This document shows positions 28,151-41,456 of a DNA stretch of 64,000 nt, in pieces. Positions within the stretch are counted from its first letter, which is position 1. Every line of letters begins with the position of its first letter. The DNA comes from Eledone cirrhosa (Eukaryota), in the NCBI GenBank assembly GCA_964016885.1, contig OZ024740.1, positions 228,718,001-228,782,000 on the forward strand, written 5' to 3'. The notes under the pieces are model-generated. The model did no database searches, was not told where the DNA came from, and saw nothing but the letters and a program-made list of their open reading frames with translations. The position numbers were made by a program, and so were the translations under genes.

Positions 28151-31100
28151 CACAACATCAATACTACAACTACCAACACAACCACCAGCAACACCAGTAC
28201 TACCAACACCAATACTACAACCACCAACACAACCACCACCAGCACCAGTACTACCAACACCAATACTACAACCACCAATACCACCACCACCAACACCAGT
28301 ACTACCAACACCAATACTACAACCACCAATAGCACCACCACCAACACCAGTACTACCAACACCAATACTACAACTACCAACACAACCACCACAAACACCA
28401 GTACTACCAACACCAATACTACAACTACCAACACAACCACCAGCAACACCAGTACTACCAACACCAATACTACAACTACCAACACAACCACCAGCAACAC
28501 CAGTACTACCAACACCAATACTACAACTACCAATACAACCAACACAAACACCAGTACTACCAACACCAATACTACAACCACCAACACAACCACCACCAAC
28601 ACCTGTACTACCAACACCAATACTACAACTACCAACACAACCACCACCAACACCAGTACTACCAACACCAATACTACAACTACCAACACAACCACCAGCA
28701 ACACCAGTACTACCAACACCAATACTACAACTACCAATACAACCAACACAAACACCAGTACTACCAACACCAATACTACAACCACCAACACAACCACCAC
28801 CAACACCAGTACTACCAACACCAATACTACAACAACCAACACAACCACCACAAACACCAGTACTACCAACACCAATACTACAACTACCAACACAACCACC
28901 AGCAACACCAGTACTACCAACACCAATACTACAACCAGCAACACAACCACCACCAACACCAGTACTACTAACACCAATACTACAACTACCGACACAACCA
29001 CCACAAACACCAGTACTACCAACACCAATACTACAACCAGCAACACAACCACCACCAACACCAGTACTACTAACACCAATACTACAACTACCAACACAAC
29101 CACCACCAACACCAGTACTACCAACACCAATACTACAACCAGCAACACAAACACCACCAACACCAGTAGTACTAACACCAATACTACAACCAGCAACACA
29201 ACCACCACCAACACCAGTACTACCAACACCAATACTACAACCAGCAACACAACCACCACCAACACCAGTACTACCAACACCAATACTACAACCACCAACA
29301 CAACCACCACCACCAACACCAGTACTACCAACACCAATACTACAACCAGCAACACAACCACCACCAACACCAGTACTACCAACACCAATACTACAACCAG
29401 CAACACAACCACCACCAACACCAGTACTACTAACACCAATACTACAACCAGCAACACAACCACCACCAACACCAGTACTACCAACACCAATACTACAACC
29501 AGCAACACAACCACCACCAACACCAGTACTACCAACACCAATACTACAACCACCAACACAACCACCACCACCAACACCAGTACTACCAACACCAATACTA
29601 CAACCAGCAACACAACCACCACCAACACCAGTACTACCAACACCAATACTACAAACAGCAACACAACCACCACCAACACCAGTACTACTAACACCAATAC
29701 TACAACCAGCAACACAACCACCACCAACACCAGTACTACCAACACCAATACTACAACCAGCAACACAACCACCACCAACACCAGTACTACCAACACCAAT
29801 ACTACAACCAGCAACACAACCACCACCAACACCAGTACTACCAACACCAATACTACAACTACCAACACAACCACCAGCAACACCAGTACTACCAACACCA
29901 ATACTACAACTACCAACACAACCACCAGCAACACCAGTACTACCAACACCAATACTACAACCACCAACACCACCACCACCAACACCAGTACTACCAACAC
30001 CAATACTACAACCACCAACACAACCACCACCACCAACACCAGTACTACCAACACCAATACTACAACCAGCAACACAACCACCACCAACACCAGTACTACC
30101 AACACCAATACTACAACCAGCAACACAACCACCACCAACACCAGTACTACCAACACCAATACTACAACCACCATCACAACCACCACCACCAACACCAGTA
30201 CTACCAACACCAATACTACAACCAGCAACACAACCACCACCAACACGACCCTCAACAACATCACCACCAACACCAATACTACCACCACCAGCACCTTCAC
30301 CGTTATTACCACCACCACCACCATCACCACCACCAACACCATTACTACCACCACCAATACCTTCACCGTCACTACCACTACCACCACCACCACCACCACC
30401 ACCAACACCACTGTCAACAACACCACCACCACCACCACCACCAACAATACCACCACCAACACCTTCACCGTCACTACCACCACCACCATCACCACCACTA
30501 ACACCACTGTCAACAACAGCAACACAACCACCACCAACAATACCACCACCAACACCTTCACCGTCACTACCACTACCACCACCATCACCACCACCAACAC
30601 CACTGTCAACAACAACACCACCACCAACACCAATACTACCACCACCACCACCTTCACCATCACTACCACCACCACCACCACCACCACCACCACCAACACC
30701 ACTGTCAACAACAGCAACACCACCACCACCAACACCAGTACTACCAACACCAATACTACAACTACCAACACAACCACCACCAGCACCAGTACTACCAACA
30801 CCAATACTACAACTACCAACACAACCACCAGCAACACCAGTACTACCAACACCAATACTACAACTACCAACACAACCACCACCAACACCAGTACTACCAA
30901 CACCTATACTACAACTACCAACACAACCACCACCAACACCAGTACTACTAACACCAATACTACAACCAGCAACACAACCACCACCAACACCAGTACTACC
31001 AACACCAATACTACAACTACCAACACAACCACCACCAACACCAGTACTACCAACACCAATACTACAACTACCAACACAACCACCACCAACACCAGTACTA

Positions 31101-34100
31101 CCAACACCAATACTACAACTACCAACACAGCCACCACAAACACCAGTACTACCAACACCAATACTACAACCACCAACGCAACCACCACCACCAACACCAG
31201 TACTACCAACATCAATACTACAACCAGCAACACAACCACCAGCAACACCAGTACTACCAACACCAATACTACAACCAGCAACACAACCACCACCAACACC
31301 AGTACTACCAACACTAATACTACAACCAGCAACACAACCACCACCACCAACACCAGTACTACCAACACCAATACTACAACTAGCAACACCACCACCAGCA
31401 ACACCAGTTCTACCAACACCAATACTACAACTACCAACACAACCACCACCAACACCAGTACTACCACCAACCAATACTACAACCAGCAACACAACCACCA
31501 CCAACACCAGTACTACCAACACCAATACTACAACCAGCAACACAACCACCACCAACACCAGTACTACCAACACCAATACTACAACCACCAACACAACCAC
31601 CACCAACACCAGTACTACCAACACCAATACTACAACTACCAACACAACCACCACCAACACCAGTACTACCAACACCAATACTACAACTAGCAACACAACC
31701 ACCACCAACACCAGTACTACCAACACCAATACTACAACTACCAACACAACCACCACCAACACCAGTACTACCAACACCAATACTACAACCAGCAACACAA
31801 CCACCACCAACACCAGTACTACCAACACCAATACTACAACTACCAACACAACCACCACAAACACCAGTACTACCAACACCAATACTACAACTACCAACAC
31901 CACCACCACAAACACCAGTACTACCAACACCAATACTACAACCACCAACACAAACACCACCACCAACACCAGTACTACCAACACCAATACTACAACCACC
32001 AACACAACCACCACCAACACCAGTACTACCAACATCAATACTACAACCAGCAACACAACCACCACCAGCACCAGTACTACCAACACCAATACTACAACTA
32101 CTGTTGGTAGTTGTAGTATTGGTGTTGGTAGTAATGGTGTTGGTGGTGGTTGTGTTGGTAGTTGTAGTATTGGTGTTGGTAGTACTGGTGTTGGTGGTGG
32201 TTGTGTTGTGGTTGTAATATTGGTGTTGGTAGTAGTGGTGTTGGTGGTGGTTGTGTTGGTAGTTGTAGTATTGGTGTTGGTAGTACTGGTGTTGGTGGTG
32301 GTTGTGTTGGTAGTTGTAATATTGGTGTTGGTAGTAGTGGTGTTGGTGGTGGTTGTGTTGCTGGTTGTAGTATTGGTGTTGGTAGTACTGGTGTTGGTGG
32401 TGGTTGTGTTGCTGGTTGTAGTATTGGTGTTGGTAGTACTGGTGTTGGTGGTGGTTGTGTTGCTGGTTGTAGTATTGGTTGGTGGTAGTACTGGTGTTGG
32501 TGGTGGTTGTGTTGGTAGTTGTAGTATTGGTGTTGGTAGTACTGGTGTTGGTGGTGGTTGTGTTGCTGGTTGTAGTATTGGTGTTGGTAGTAGTGGTGCT
32601 GGTGGTGGTTGTGTTGGTGGTTGTAGTATTGGTGTTGGTAGTACTGGTGTTGGTGGTGGTTGTGTTGGTAGTTGTAGTATTGGTGTTGGTAGTACTGGTG
32701 TTGGTGGTGGTTGTGTTGGTAGTTGTAGTATTGGTGTTGGTAGTACTGGTGTTTGTGGTGGTTGTGTTGGTAGTTGTAGTATTGGTGTTGGTAGTACTGG
32801 TGTTGCTGGTGGTTGTGTTGCTGGTTGTAGTATTGGTGTTGGTAGTACTGGTGTTGGTGGTGGTTGTGTTGGTAGTTGTAGTATTGGTGTTGGTAGTACT
32901 GGTGTTGCTGGTGGTTGTGTGGGTAGTTGTAGTATTGGTGTTGGTAGTACTGGTGTTTGTGGTGGTTGTGTTGGTAGTTGTAGTATTGGTGTTGGTAGTA
33001 CTGGTGTTGCTGGTGGTTGTGTTGCTGGTTGTAGTATTGGTGTTGGTAGTACTGGTGTTGGTGGTGGTTGTGTTGGTAGTTGTAGTATTGGTGTTGGTAG
33101 TACTGGTGTTGGTGGTGGTTGTGTTGGTAGTTGTAGTATTGGTGTTAGTAGTACTGGTGTTGGTGGTGGTTGTGTTGCTAGTTGTAGTATTGGTGTTGGT
33201 AGTACTGGTGTTGCTGGTGGTTGTGTTGCTAGTTGTAGTATTGGTGTTGGTAGTACTGGTGTTGGTGGTGGTTGTGTTGCTGGTTGTAGTATTGGTGTTG
33301 GTAGTACTGGTGTTGGTGGTGGTTGTGTTGGTAGTTGTAGTATTGGTGTTGGTAGTACTGGTGTTGGTGGTGGTTGTGTTGCTGGTTGTATTATTGGTGT
33401 TGGTAGTACTGGTGTTGCTGGTGGTTGTGTTGCTGGTTGTAGTATTGGTGTTGGTAGTACTGGTGTTGCTGGTGGTTGTATTGGTAGTTGTAGTATTGGT
33501 GTTGGTAGTACTGGTGTTGCTGGTGGTTGTGTTGGTAGTTGTAGTATTGGTGTTGGTAGTACTGGTGTTGGTGGTGGTTGTGTTGCTGGTTGTATTATTG
33601 GTGTTGGTAGTACTGGTGTTGGTGGTGGTTGTGTTGGTACTTGTAGTATTAGTGTTGGTAGTACTGGTGTTGGTGGTGGTTGTGTTGCTAGTTGTAGTAT
33701 TGGTGTTGGTAGTACTGGTGTTGGTGGTGGTTGTGTTGGTAGTTGTAGTATTGGTGTTGGTAGTACTGGTGTTGGTGGTGGTGGTGTTGGTAGTTGTAGT
33801 ATTGGTGTTGGTAGTACTGGTGTTGGTGGTGGTTGTGTTGGTAGTTGTAGTATTGGTGTTGGTAGTACTGGTGTTGGTGGTGGTTGTGTTGCTGGTTGTA
33901 GTATTGGTGTTGGTAGTACTGGTGTTGGTGGTGGTGGTTGTGTTGGTGGTTGTAGTATTGGTGTTGGTAGTACTGGTGTTGGTGGTGGTTGTGTTGCTGG
34001 TTGTAGTATTGGTGTTGGTAGTACTGGTGTTGGTGGTGGTTGTGTTGGTAGTTGTAGTATTGGTGTTGGTAGTACTGGTGTTGGTGGTGGTTGTGTTGGT

Positions 34101-35890
34101 AGTTGTAGTATTGGTGTTGGTAGTACTGGTGTTGGTGGTGGTTGTGTTGGTAGTTGTAGTATTGGTGTTGGTAGTACTGGTGTTGGTGGTGGTTGTGTTG
34201 GTAGTTGTAGTATTGGTGTTGGTAGTACTGGTGTTGGTGGTGGTTGTGTTGCTGGTTGTAGTATTGGTGTTGGTAGTACTGGTGTTGGTGGTGGTTGTGT
34301 TGGTAGTTGTAGTATTGGTGTTGGTAGTACTGGTGTTTGTGGTGGTTGTGTTGCTGGTTGTAGTATTGGTGTTGGTAGTACTGGTGTTGCTGGTGGTTGT
34401 GTTGCTGGTTGTATTATTGGTGTTGGTAGTACTGGTGTTGGTGGTGGTTGTGTTGCTGGTTGTAGTATTGGTGTTGGTAGTACTGGTGTTGGTGGTGGTT
34501 GTGTTGCTGGTTGTAGTATTGGTGTTGGTAGTACTGGTGTTGGTGGTGGTTGTGTTGCTGGTTGTAGTATTGGTGTTGGTAGTACTGGTGTTGGTGGTGG
34601 TTGTGTTGCTGGTTGTAGTATTGGTATTGGTAGTACTGGTGTTGGTGGTGGTTGTGTTGCTGGTTGTATTATTGGTGTTGGTAGTACTGGTGTTGCTGGT
34701 GGTTGTGTTGGTAGTTGTAGTATTGGTGTTGGTAGTACTGGTGTTGGTGGTGGTTGTGTTGCTGGTTGTAGTATTGGTGTTGGTAGTACTGGTGTTGGTG
34801 GTGGTTGTGTTGCTGGTTGTAGTATTGGTGTTGGTAGTACTGGTGTTGGTGGTGGTTGTGTTGCTGGTTGTAGTATTGGTGTTGGTAGTACTGGTGTTGG
34901 TGGTGGTTGTGTTGCTGGTTGTAGTATTGGTGTTGGTAGTACTGGTGTTGGTGGTGGTTGTGTTGCTGGTTGTAGTATTGGTGTTGGTAGTACTGGTGTT
35001 GGTGGTGGTTGTGTTGCTGGTTGTAGTATTGGTGTTGGTAGTACTGGTGTTGGTGGTGGTTGTGTTGCTGGTTGTAGTATTGGTGTTGGTAGTACTGGTG
35101 TTGGTGGTGGTTGTGTTGCTGGTTGTAGTATTGGTGTTGGTAGTACTGGTGTTGGTGGTGGTTGTGTTGCTGGTTGTATTATTGGTGTTGGTAGTACTGG
35201 TGTTGCTGGTGGTTGTGTTGGTAGTTGTAGTATTGGTGTTGGTAGTACTGGTGTTGGTGGTGGTTGTGTTGCTGGTTGTAGTATTGGTGTTAGTAGTACT
35301 GGTGTTGGTGGTGGTTGTATTGGTAGTTGTAGTATTGGTGTTGGTAGTACTGGTGTTGGTGGTGGTTGTGTTGGTAGTTGTAGTATTGGTGTTAGTAGTA
35401 CTGGTGTTGGTGGTGGTTGTGTTGGTAGTTGTAGTATTGGTGTTGGTAGTACTGGTGTTGGTGGTGGTTGTGTTGGTAGTTGTAGTATTGGTGTTGGTAG
35501 TACTGGTGTTGCTGGTGGTTGTGTTGGTAGTTGTAGTATTGGTGTTGGTAGTACTGGTGTTTGTGGTGGTGGTGTTGGTAGTTGTAGTATTGGTGTTGGT
35601 AGTACTGGTGTTGGTGGTGGTTGTGTTGCTGGTTGTAGTATTGGTGTTGGTAGTACTGGTGTTGGTGGTGGTTGTGTTGGTGGTTGTAGTATTGGTGTTG
35701 GTAGTACTGGTGTTGGTGGTGGTTGTGTTGCTGGTTGTAGTATTGGTGTTGGTAGTACTGGTGTTGCTGGTGGTTGTGTTGGTAGTTGTAGTATTGGTGT
35801 TGGTAGTACTGGTGTTTGTGGTGGTTGTGTTGCTGGTTGTAGTATTGGTGTTGGTAGTACTGGTGTTGGTGGTGGTGGTGTTGGTAGTGG
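19860..35890. repeat. 51-bp tandem array (GGTGGTTGTGTTG[G/C]T[A/G]GTTGTAGTATTGGTGTTGGTAGTACTGGTGTTGGT) with an inverted internal segment at 28151-32100
   Basis: Unit visible throughout; strand composition flips at ~28150 and ~32100. Confidence 0.97.
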
Positions 35891-35925
35891 TGTTTGCACG
35901 ATGGTGACTAGATTTGTTATAATAC
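32101..35925 (-). CDS. Upstream part of the same candidate mucin-like frame
   Basis: Same Thr frame; short unique lead-in YYNKSSHHRAN; pyrimidine tract upstream at ~35955-35997 on the minus strand. Confidence 0.35.
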
Positions 35926-35996
35926 TCATTAACATACGTGTGCGTGCATGTGTGTAGGTGAGAGAGACAGGGAGTGAGATACAAGGACAAAAAAGA

Positions 35997-36077
<81 letters not shown>

Positions 36078-36078
36078 G

Positions 36079-36150
<72 letters not shown>

Positions 36151-36215
36151 GGTGGTGGTGGTGGTGGTGGTGGTGGTGGTGGTGGTGGTGTTGGTAGTGG
36201 TGGTGGTGGTGGTAC

Positions 36216-36255
<40 letters not shown>

Positions 36256-36268
36256 GGTGGTGGTGGTG

Positions 36269-36325
<57 letters not shown>

Positions 36326-37015
36326 TTAGTAGTGGTGGAGGTGGTGGTAGTAGTAGTAGGTGAAGAAGGAAGATAAGTGTGTTTAAGAGGGGTGTAGGTA
36401 GAGGAGATAGTAAGACGGAGTATAGTGGTAATGTGGTGTGGTGTGATGGTGGTGTGGTGTGGTGGAGTGGTGTGGTGGAGTGGTGTAGTAATAGTATTGG
36501 TGGAGGTGATATGGTGGTGGTGGTGGTGGTGTGGTCGAGTGGTGTAGTGGTAGTAGTATTGTTGTTGGTGGTGTGGTGGTGTGGTATGGTGGTGGTGGTA
36601 TGGTGGTGGTGTGGTCGAGTGGTGTAGTGGTAGTAGTATTGTTGTTTGGTGGTGTGGTGGTGTGGTGGTGGTGCTAGTAGTGGCGCTAGTAGTGGTGGTG
36701 GTGGTGGTATGGTGGTGTGGTATGGTGGTGGTGGTGGTATGGTGGTGGTGGTGGTGTGGTCGAGTGGTGTAGTGGTAGTAGTATTGTTGTTGGTGGTGTG
36801 GTGGTGTGGTGGTGGTATGGTGGTGCTAGTAGTGGTGCTAGTAGTGGTGGTGGTGGTGGCATGGTGGTGTGGTATGGTGGTGGTGTATTGTTGTTGGTGA
36901 TGTGGTGGTGTGGAGGTGGTAGTGGTGGTGTAGTATGGTGGTGGTGGTATGGTGGTAGTGGTGGTGTAGTATGGTGGTGGTGGTGGTATGGTGGTAGTAT
37001 GGTGGTGGTGGTGGT
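35997..37015. repeat. (TAG)n/(TGG)n microsatellites and GT-rich low-complexity repeat
   Basis: Direct reading. Confidence 0.95.
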
Positions 37016-37189
37016 GTCAGAGGGAATACTGTACAAGCTGCTATCAGTAACGTCAACAGCACCAATAAGGTAGCCAAGGTGAGCTGTTACATACAATTAT
37101 GATAAGATGACGTCACTCCTATAGTCAAGCAACTGGTTTTTACCCTCTCACTCTCTCTCTCTCCGTCTATCTCTCGTTATTATCTCTTT

Positions 37190-37670
37190 AACTCTCTATC
37201 TTTCTCTCTTATTGCCTCTATTTATCTTCTATCTCTCTCTTTCACTCTCTATCTTTCTCTCTTATTACCTCTATTTATCTTCTATCTCTCTCTTTCACTC
37301 TCTATCTTTCTCTCTTATTGCCTCTATTTATCTTCTATCTCTCTCTTTCACTCTCTATCTTTCTCTCTTATTGTCTCTATTTATCTTCTATCTCTCTCTT
37401 TCACTATCTATCTTTCTCTCTTATTGCCTCTATTTATCTTCTATCTCTCTCTTTCACTCTCTATCTTTCTCTCTTATTACCTCTATTTATCTTCTATCTC
37501 TCTCTTTCACTCTCTATCTTTCTCTCTTATTGCCTCTATTTATCTTCTATCTCTCTCTTTCACTCTCTACCTTTCTCTCTTATTGCCTCTATTTATCTTC
37601 TATCTCTCTCTTTCACTCTCTATCTTTCTCTCTCATTGTTTCTATTTTCCTTCTATCTCTCTTTCACTCC
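37190..37670. repeat. 53-bp pyrimidine-rich minisatellite, followed by CT/GA low complexity to ~38540
   Basis: Unit CTCTATCTTTCTCTCTTATT[G/A]CCTCTATTTATCTTCTATCTCTCTCTTTCACT; ORF starts spaced by 106 bp (2 x 53). Confidence 0.9.
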
Positions 37671-37995
37671 GTCTCTTCTTATTATACCTGTCACTCACTC
37701 TCTCTCTCTGTCTCTCCCTTATTACCTCTATTTACCTTCTCTTTCTCTCTTTTCTCTCTGTCTTAGATCTATTTACCTTCTTTCTTTATTTACCTTTCAC
37801 TCTCTCTCTCCACCTTTCTCTCTTTCTTATTACCTCTGTTTACCTTCTTCCTCTCTCACTCACTCCCTTTCCCCTCTTTCTTTCTCACTCCTCCTCTCTC
37901 TCTTTCTTTAACTCTTCTCTTTCTCTCTCTCTCTCTCTTCCTCTCTCTTATTACCTCTATTTACCTTTTCCTCTTTCTCTCTCCCCCTCTCTCTC

Positions 37996-38034
<39 letters not shown>

Positions 38035-38175
38035 TCAACTTCTTTCTCTATTTACCTTACATACATAGTCTCTTTATCTCCCTTTTACTTCTTTCTCCCT
38101 TTTCTCTTTTAATAGCTTTAAAACTACTTTATATCACTATGTCTCCCTTACTTTCCATCTTCTCTCTCTCTCTCT

Positions 38176-38228
<53 letters not shown>

Positions 38229-38265
38229 ATCTCTCTCTCTCTCTCTCACTCTCTTCACCATCTCC

Positions 38266-38299
<34 letters not shown>

Positions 38300-38376
38300 T
38301 CCTTCTCTCTCTCTGTCTTCACCATCTCCCTCTCTCACTATCCCCTTCTCTCTCTCTCTCTATATATATATATATA

Positions 38377-38412
<36 letters not shown>

Positions 38413-38575
38413 AGAGAATGAGGGAGGGGAGAGAGTGATTCAACGAGACTGAGATAGAAGAGAGACAAAGGAATGGAAATGAAAGAAAAGGAAAAAGAAA
38501 GAACAAAGCAGAAAGAGAAAATGGAGTGAGTGAGAGGTTAGAAATGAAGGGCAAGAGATAGGGGAGGGGTAGTTT

Positions 38576-38615
<40 letters not shown>

Positions 38616-38619
<4 letters not shown>

Positions 38620-38693
38620 AACAAGTATGACCCCGACGGCAGAGCTCAAGCCGTTTCGACGGCTAATTCTGTGTCCAGAATTAGCCGTCGAAA
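38616..38693. mobile_element. Truncated copy of the 55737 fold-back family
   Basis: GACCCCGACGGC.GAGCTCAAGCCGTTTCGACGGCTAATTC..GAATTAGCCGTCGAAA after (TA)n. Confidence 0.85.
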
Positions 38694-39300
38694 TGTGTAT
38701 GTATGTATGTATGTATGTATGTATGTATGTATGTATGTATGTATGTATGTATTATGTATGCATGTATGTGTGTATGTGTGTATGCATGTATGCATGTGTG
38801 TATGTATGTATGTATGTATGTATGCGTGTATGCATGTATGTATGTATGTCTGTATGTATGTGTGTATGTATGTATGCATGTATGTGTGTATGTATGTATG
38901 TATGTATGTATGTATGTATGTATGTATGTATGTATGTGTGTATGCATGTGTGTATGTATGTATGTATGTATGTATGTATGTATGTATGTATGTATGTGTG
39001 TATGTATGTATGCATGTATGCATGTATGTATGTATGTATGTATGCATGTATGCATGTATGTATGTATGTATGCATGTATGCATGTATGTATGCATGTATG
39101 TATGTATGTATGTATGTATGTATGTATGTATGTATGTATGTATGTGTGTATCTATGTATGCATGTATGTATGTATATATGTATGTGTGTGTGTGTATGTA
39201 TGTATGCATGTATATATACAATCACAAGAATATATACACACACACACACACACGCATATATGTAGAGGTTATATTTAATTTGTTGGAATTCAACAAGCTT

Positions 39301-39355
<55 letters not shown>

Positions 39356-39371
39356 ACAATCAAATGAATAT

Positions 39372-39458
<87 letters not shown>

Positions 39459-39491
39459 CATCAAATGAATATATATATATATACATATACA

Positions 39492-39535
<44 letters not shown>

Positions 39536-39882
39536 CAAATGAATATATATATATATATTCATTTGATTTACTTCCCTTCTTTTCAGACTATTTCTCGGTC
39601 CTTTTGCGAGACAAAATGTGACTGTGTGTGATTGTACTAGAGAGAGAGAGGGGGGGGGGGGGCTACAGATATGTGTGGGTTGTGTAGGTGTTGGTAAATC
39701 GTGTCTGTGTGTACGGCTATTCGTATCGGTGTGTGTGTGTTTGCACGCGCCTAAGTGTCTCATATTAAACATGTAGTGTATGTGACTACAGTTATGTATG
39801 TATGTATGTATGTATGTATGTATGTATGTATGTATGTATGTATGTATGTATGTATGTATGTAGATATGTATGTGTGTATGTG

Positions 39883-39913
<31 letters not shown>

Positions 39914-41456
39914 GTGTATGTATGTGTATGTATGTATGTATGTATGTATGTATGTATGTATGTGTGTGTGTGTATGTATGTATGTATGTATGTATGTGTG
40001 TATGTATGTATGTATGTATGTGTGTATGTATGTATGTATGTATGTATGTGTGTATGTGTATATGTATGTATGTATGTATGTGTGTATGCGTATATGTATG
40101 TGTGTATGTATGTCTGTATGTATGTATGTGTGTATGTGTATGTATGTGTGTATGGATGTATGCATTTGTGTATGAATGTATGTATATGTGTATGTATGTG
40201 TATATGTATGTATGTGTGTATGTATGTATGTATGTGTGTATGTGTGTATGTGTGTATGTGTATATGTATGTATGTATGTATGTTTGTATGTGTATATGTA
40301 TGTATGTATGTGTGTATGTGTGTATGCGTATATGTATGTGTATATGTATGTCTGTATGTATGTATGTGTGTATGTGTATGTATGTGTGTATGGATGTATG
40401 CATTTGTGTATGAATGTATGTATATGTGTATGTATGTATGTGTATATGTATGTATGTGTGTATGCATGTATGTATGTATGTGTGTATGTATGTATGTGTG
40501 TATGTGCATATGTATGTATGTATGTGTGTATGTGTGTATGCGTATATGTATGTGTGTATGTATGTCTGTATGTATGTATGTGTGTATGTGTATGTATGTG
40601 TGTATGGATGTATGCATTTGTGTATGCATGTATGTATATGTGTATGTGTGTATGTGTATATGTATGTATGTGTGTATGTATGTATGTATGTATGTGTGTA
40701 TGTGTATATGTATGTATGTATGTGTGTATGTGTGTATGCGTATATGTATGTGTGTATGTATGTCTGTATGTATGTATGTGTGTATGTGTATGTATGTGTG
40801 TATGAATGTATGCATTTGTGTATGAATGTATGTATATGTGTATGTATGTATGTGTATATGTATGTATGTGTGTATGTATGTATGTATGTATGTGTGTATG
40901 TGTATATGTATGTATGTATGTGTGTATGTGTGTATGCGTATATGTATGTGTGTATGTATGTCTGTATGTATGTATGTGTGTATGTGTATGTATGTGTGTA
41001 TGAATGTATGCATTTGTGTATGAATGTATGTATATGTGTATGTATGTATGTGTATATGTATGTATGTGTGTATGCATGTATGTATGGATGTATGTGTGTA
41101 TGTATGTATGTATGTGTGTATGTGTATATGTATGTATGTATGTGTGTATGTGTGTATGCATATATGTATGTGTGTATGTATGTCTGTATGTATGTGTGTA
41201 TGTGTATGTATGTGTGTATGGATGTATGCATTTGTGTATGAATGTATGTATATGTGTATGTATGTATGTGTATATGTATGTATGTGTGTATGCATGTATG
41301 TATGTATGTATGTATGTATGTGTGTATGTGTGTATGTATGTGTGTATGTGTGTATGTGTGTATGTATGTATGTATGTGTGTATGTATGTATGTATGTATG
41401 TATGTACGTATGTATGTATGTATGTATGTATGTATGTATGTATGTATGTATGTATG
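38694..41456. repeat. Compound (ATGT)n/(TA)n/(CA)n microsatellite with a ~200-240-bp higher-order repeat at 40050-41290
   Basis: Marker TGCATTTGTGTATG at ~40161, 40399, 40613, 40811, 41009, 41227. Confidence 0.92.

Noticed and set aside
19860-35890. Regular repeats as a CRISPR array
   Set aside because: Contiguous units with no unique spacers, eukaryotic context and no cas genes
179-35990. Very long poly-Val/Leu/Ile, Gly/Cys/Ser and Pro-rich ORFs
   Set aside because: Alternative frames or antisense of ACC/GGT-derived arrays that lack stops by composition; unit variants are non-synonymous in them
37212-41456. LSLF, YVCM and HTYI ORFs (also at 16.7, 44, 51-61 kb)
   Set aside because: Translations of CT, ATGT, TA and CA microsatellites
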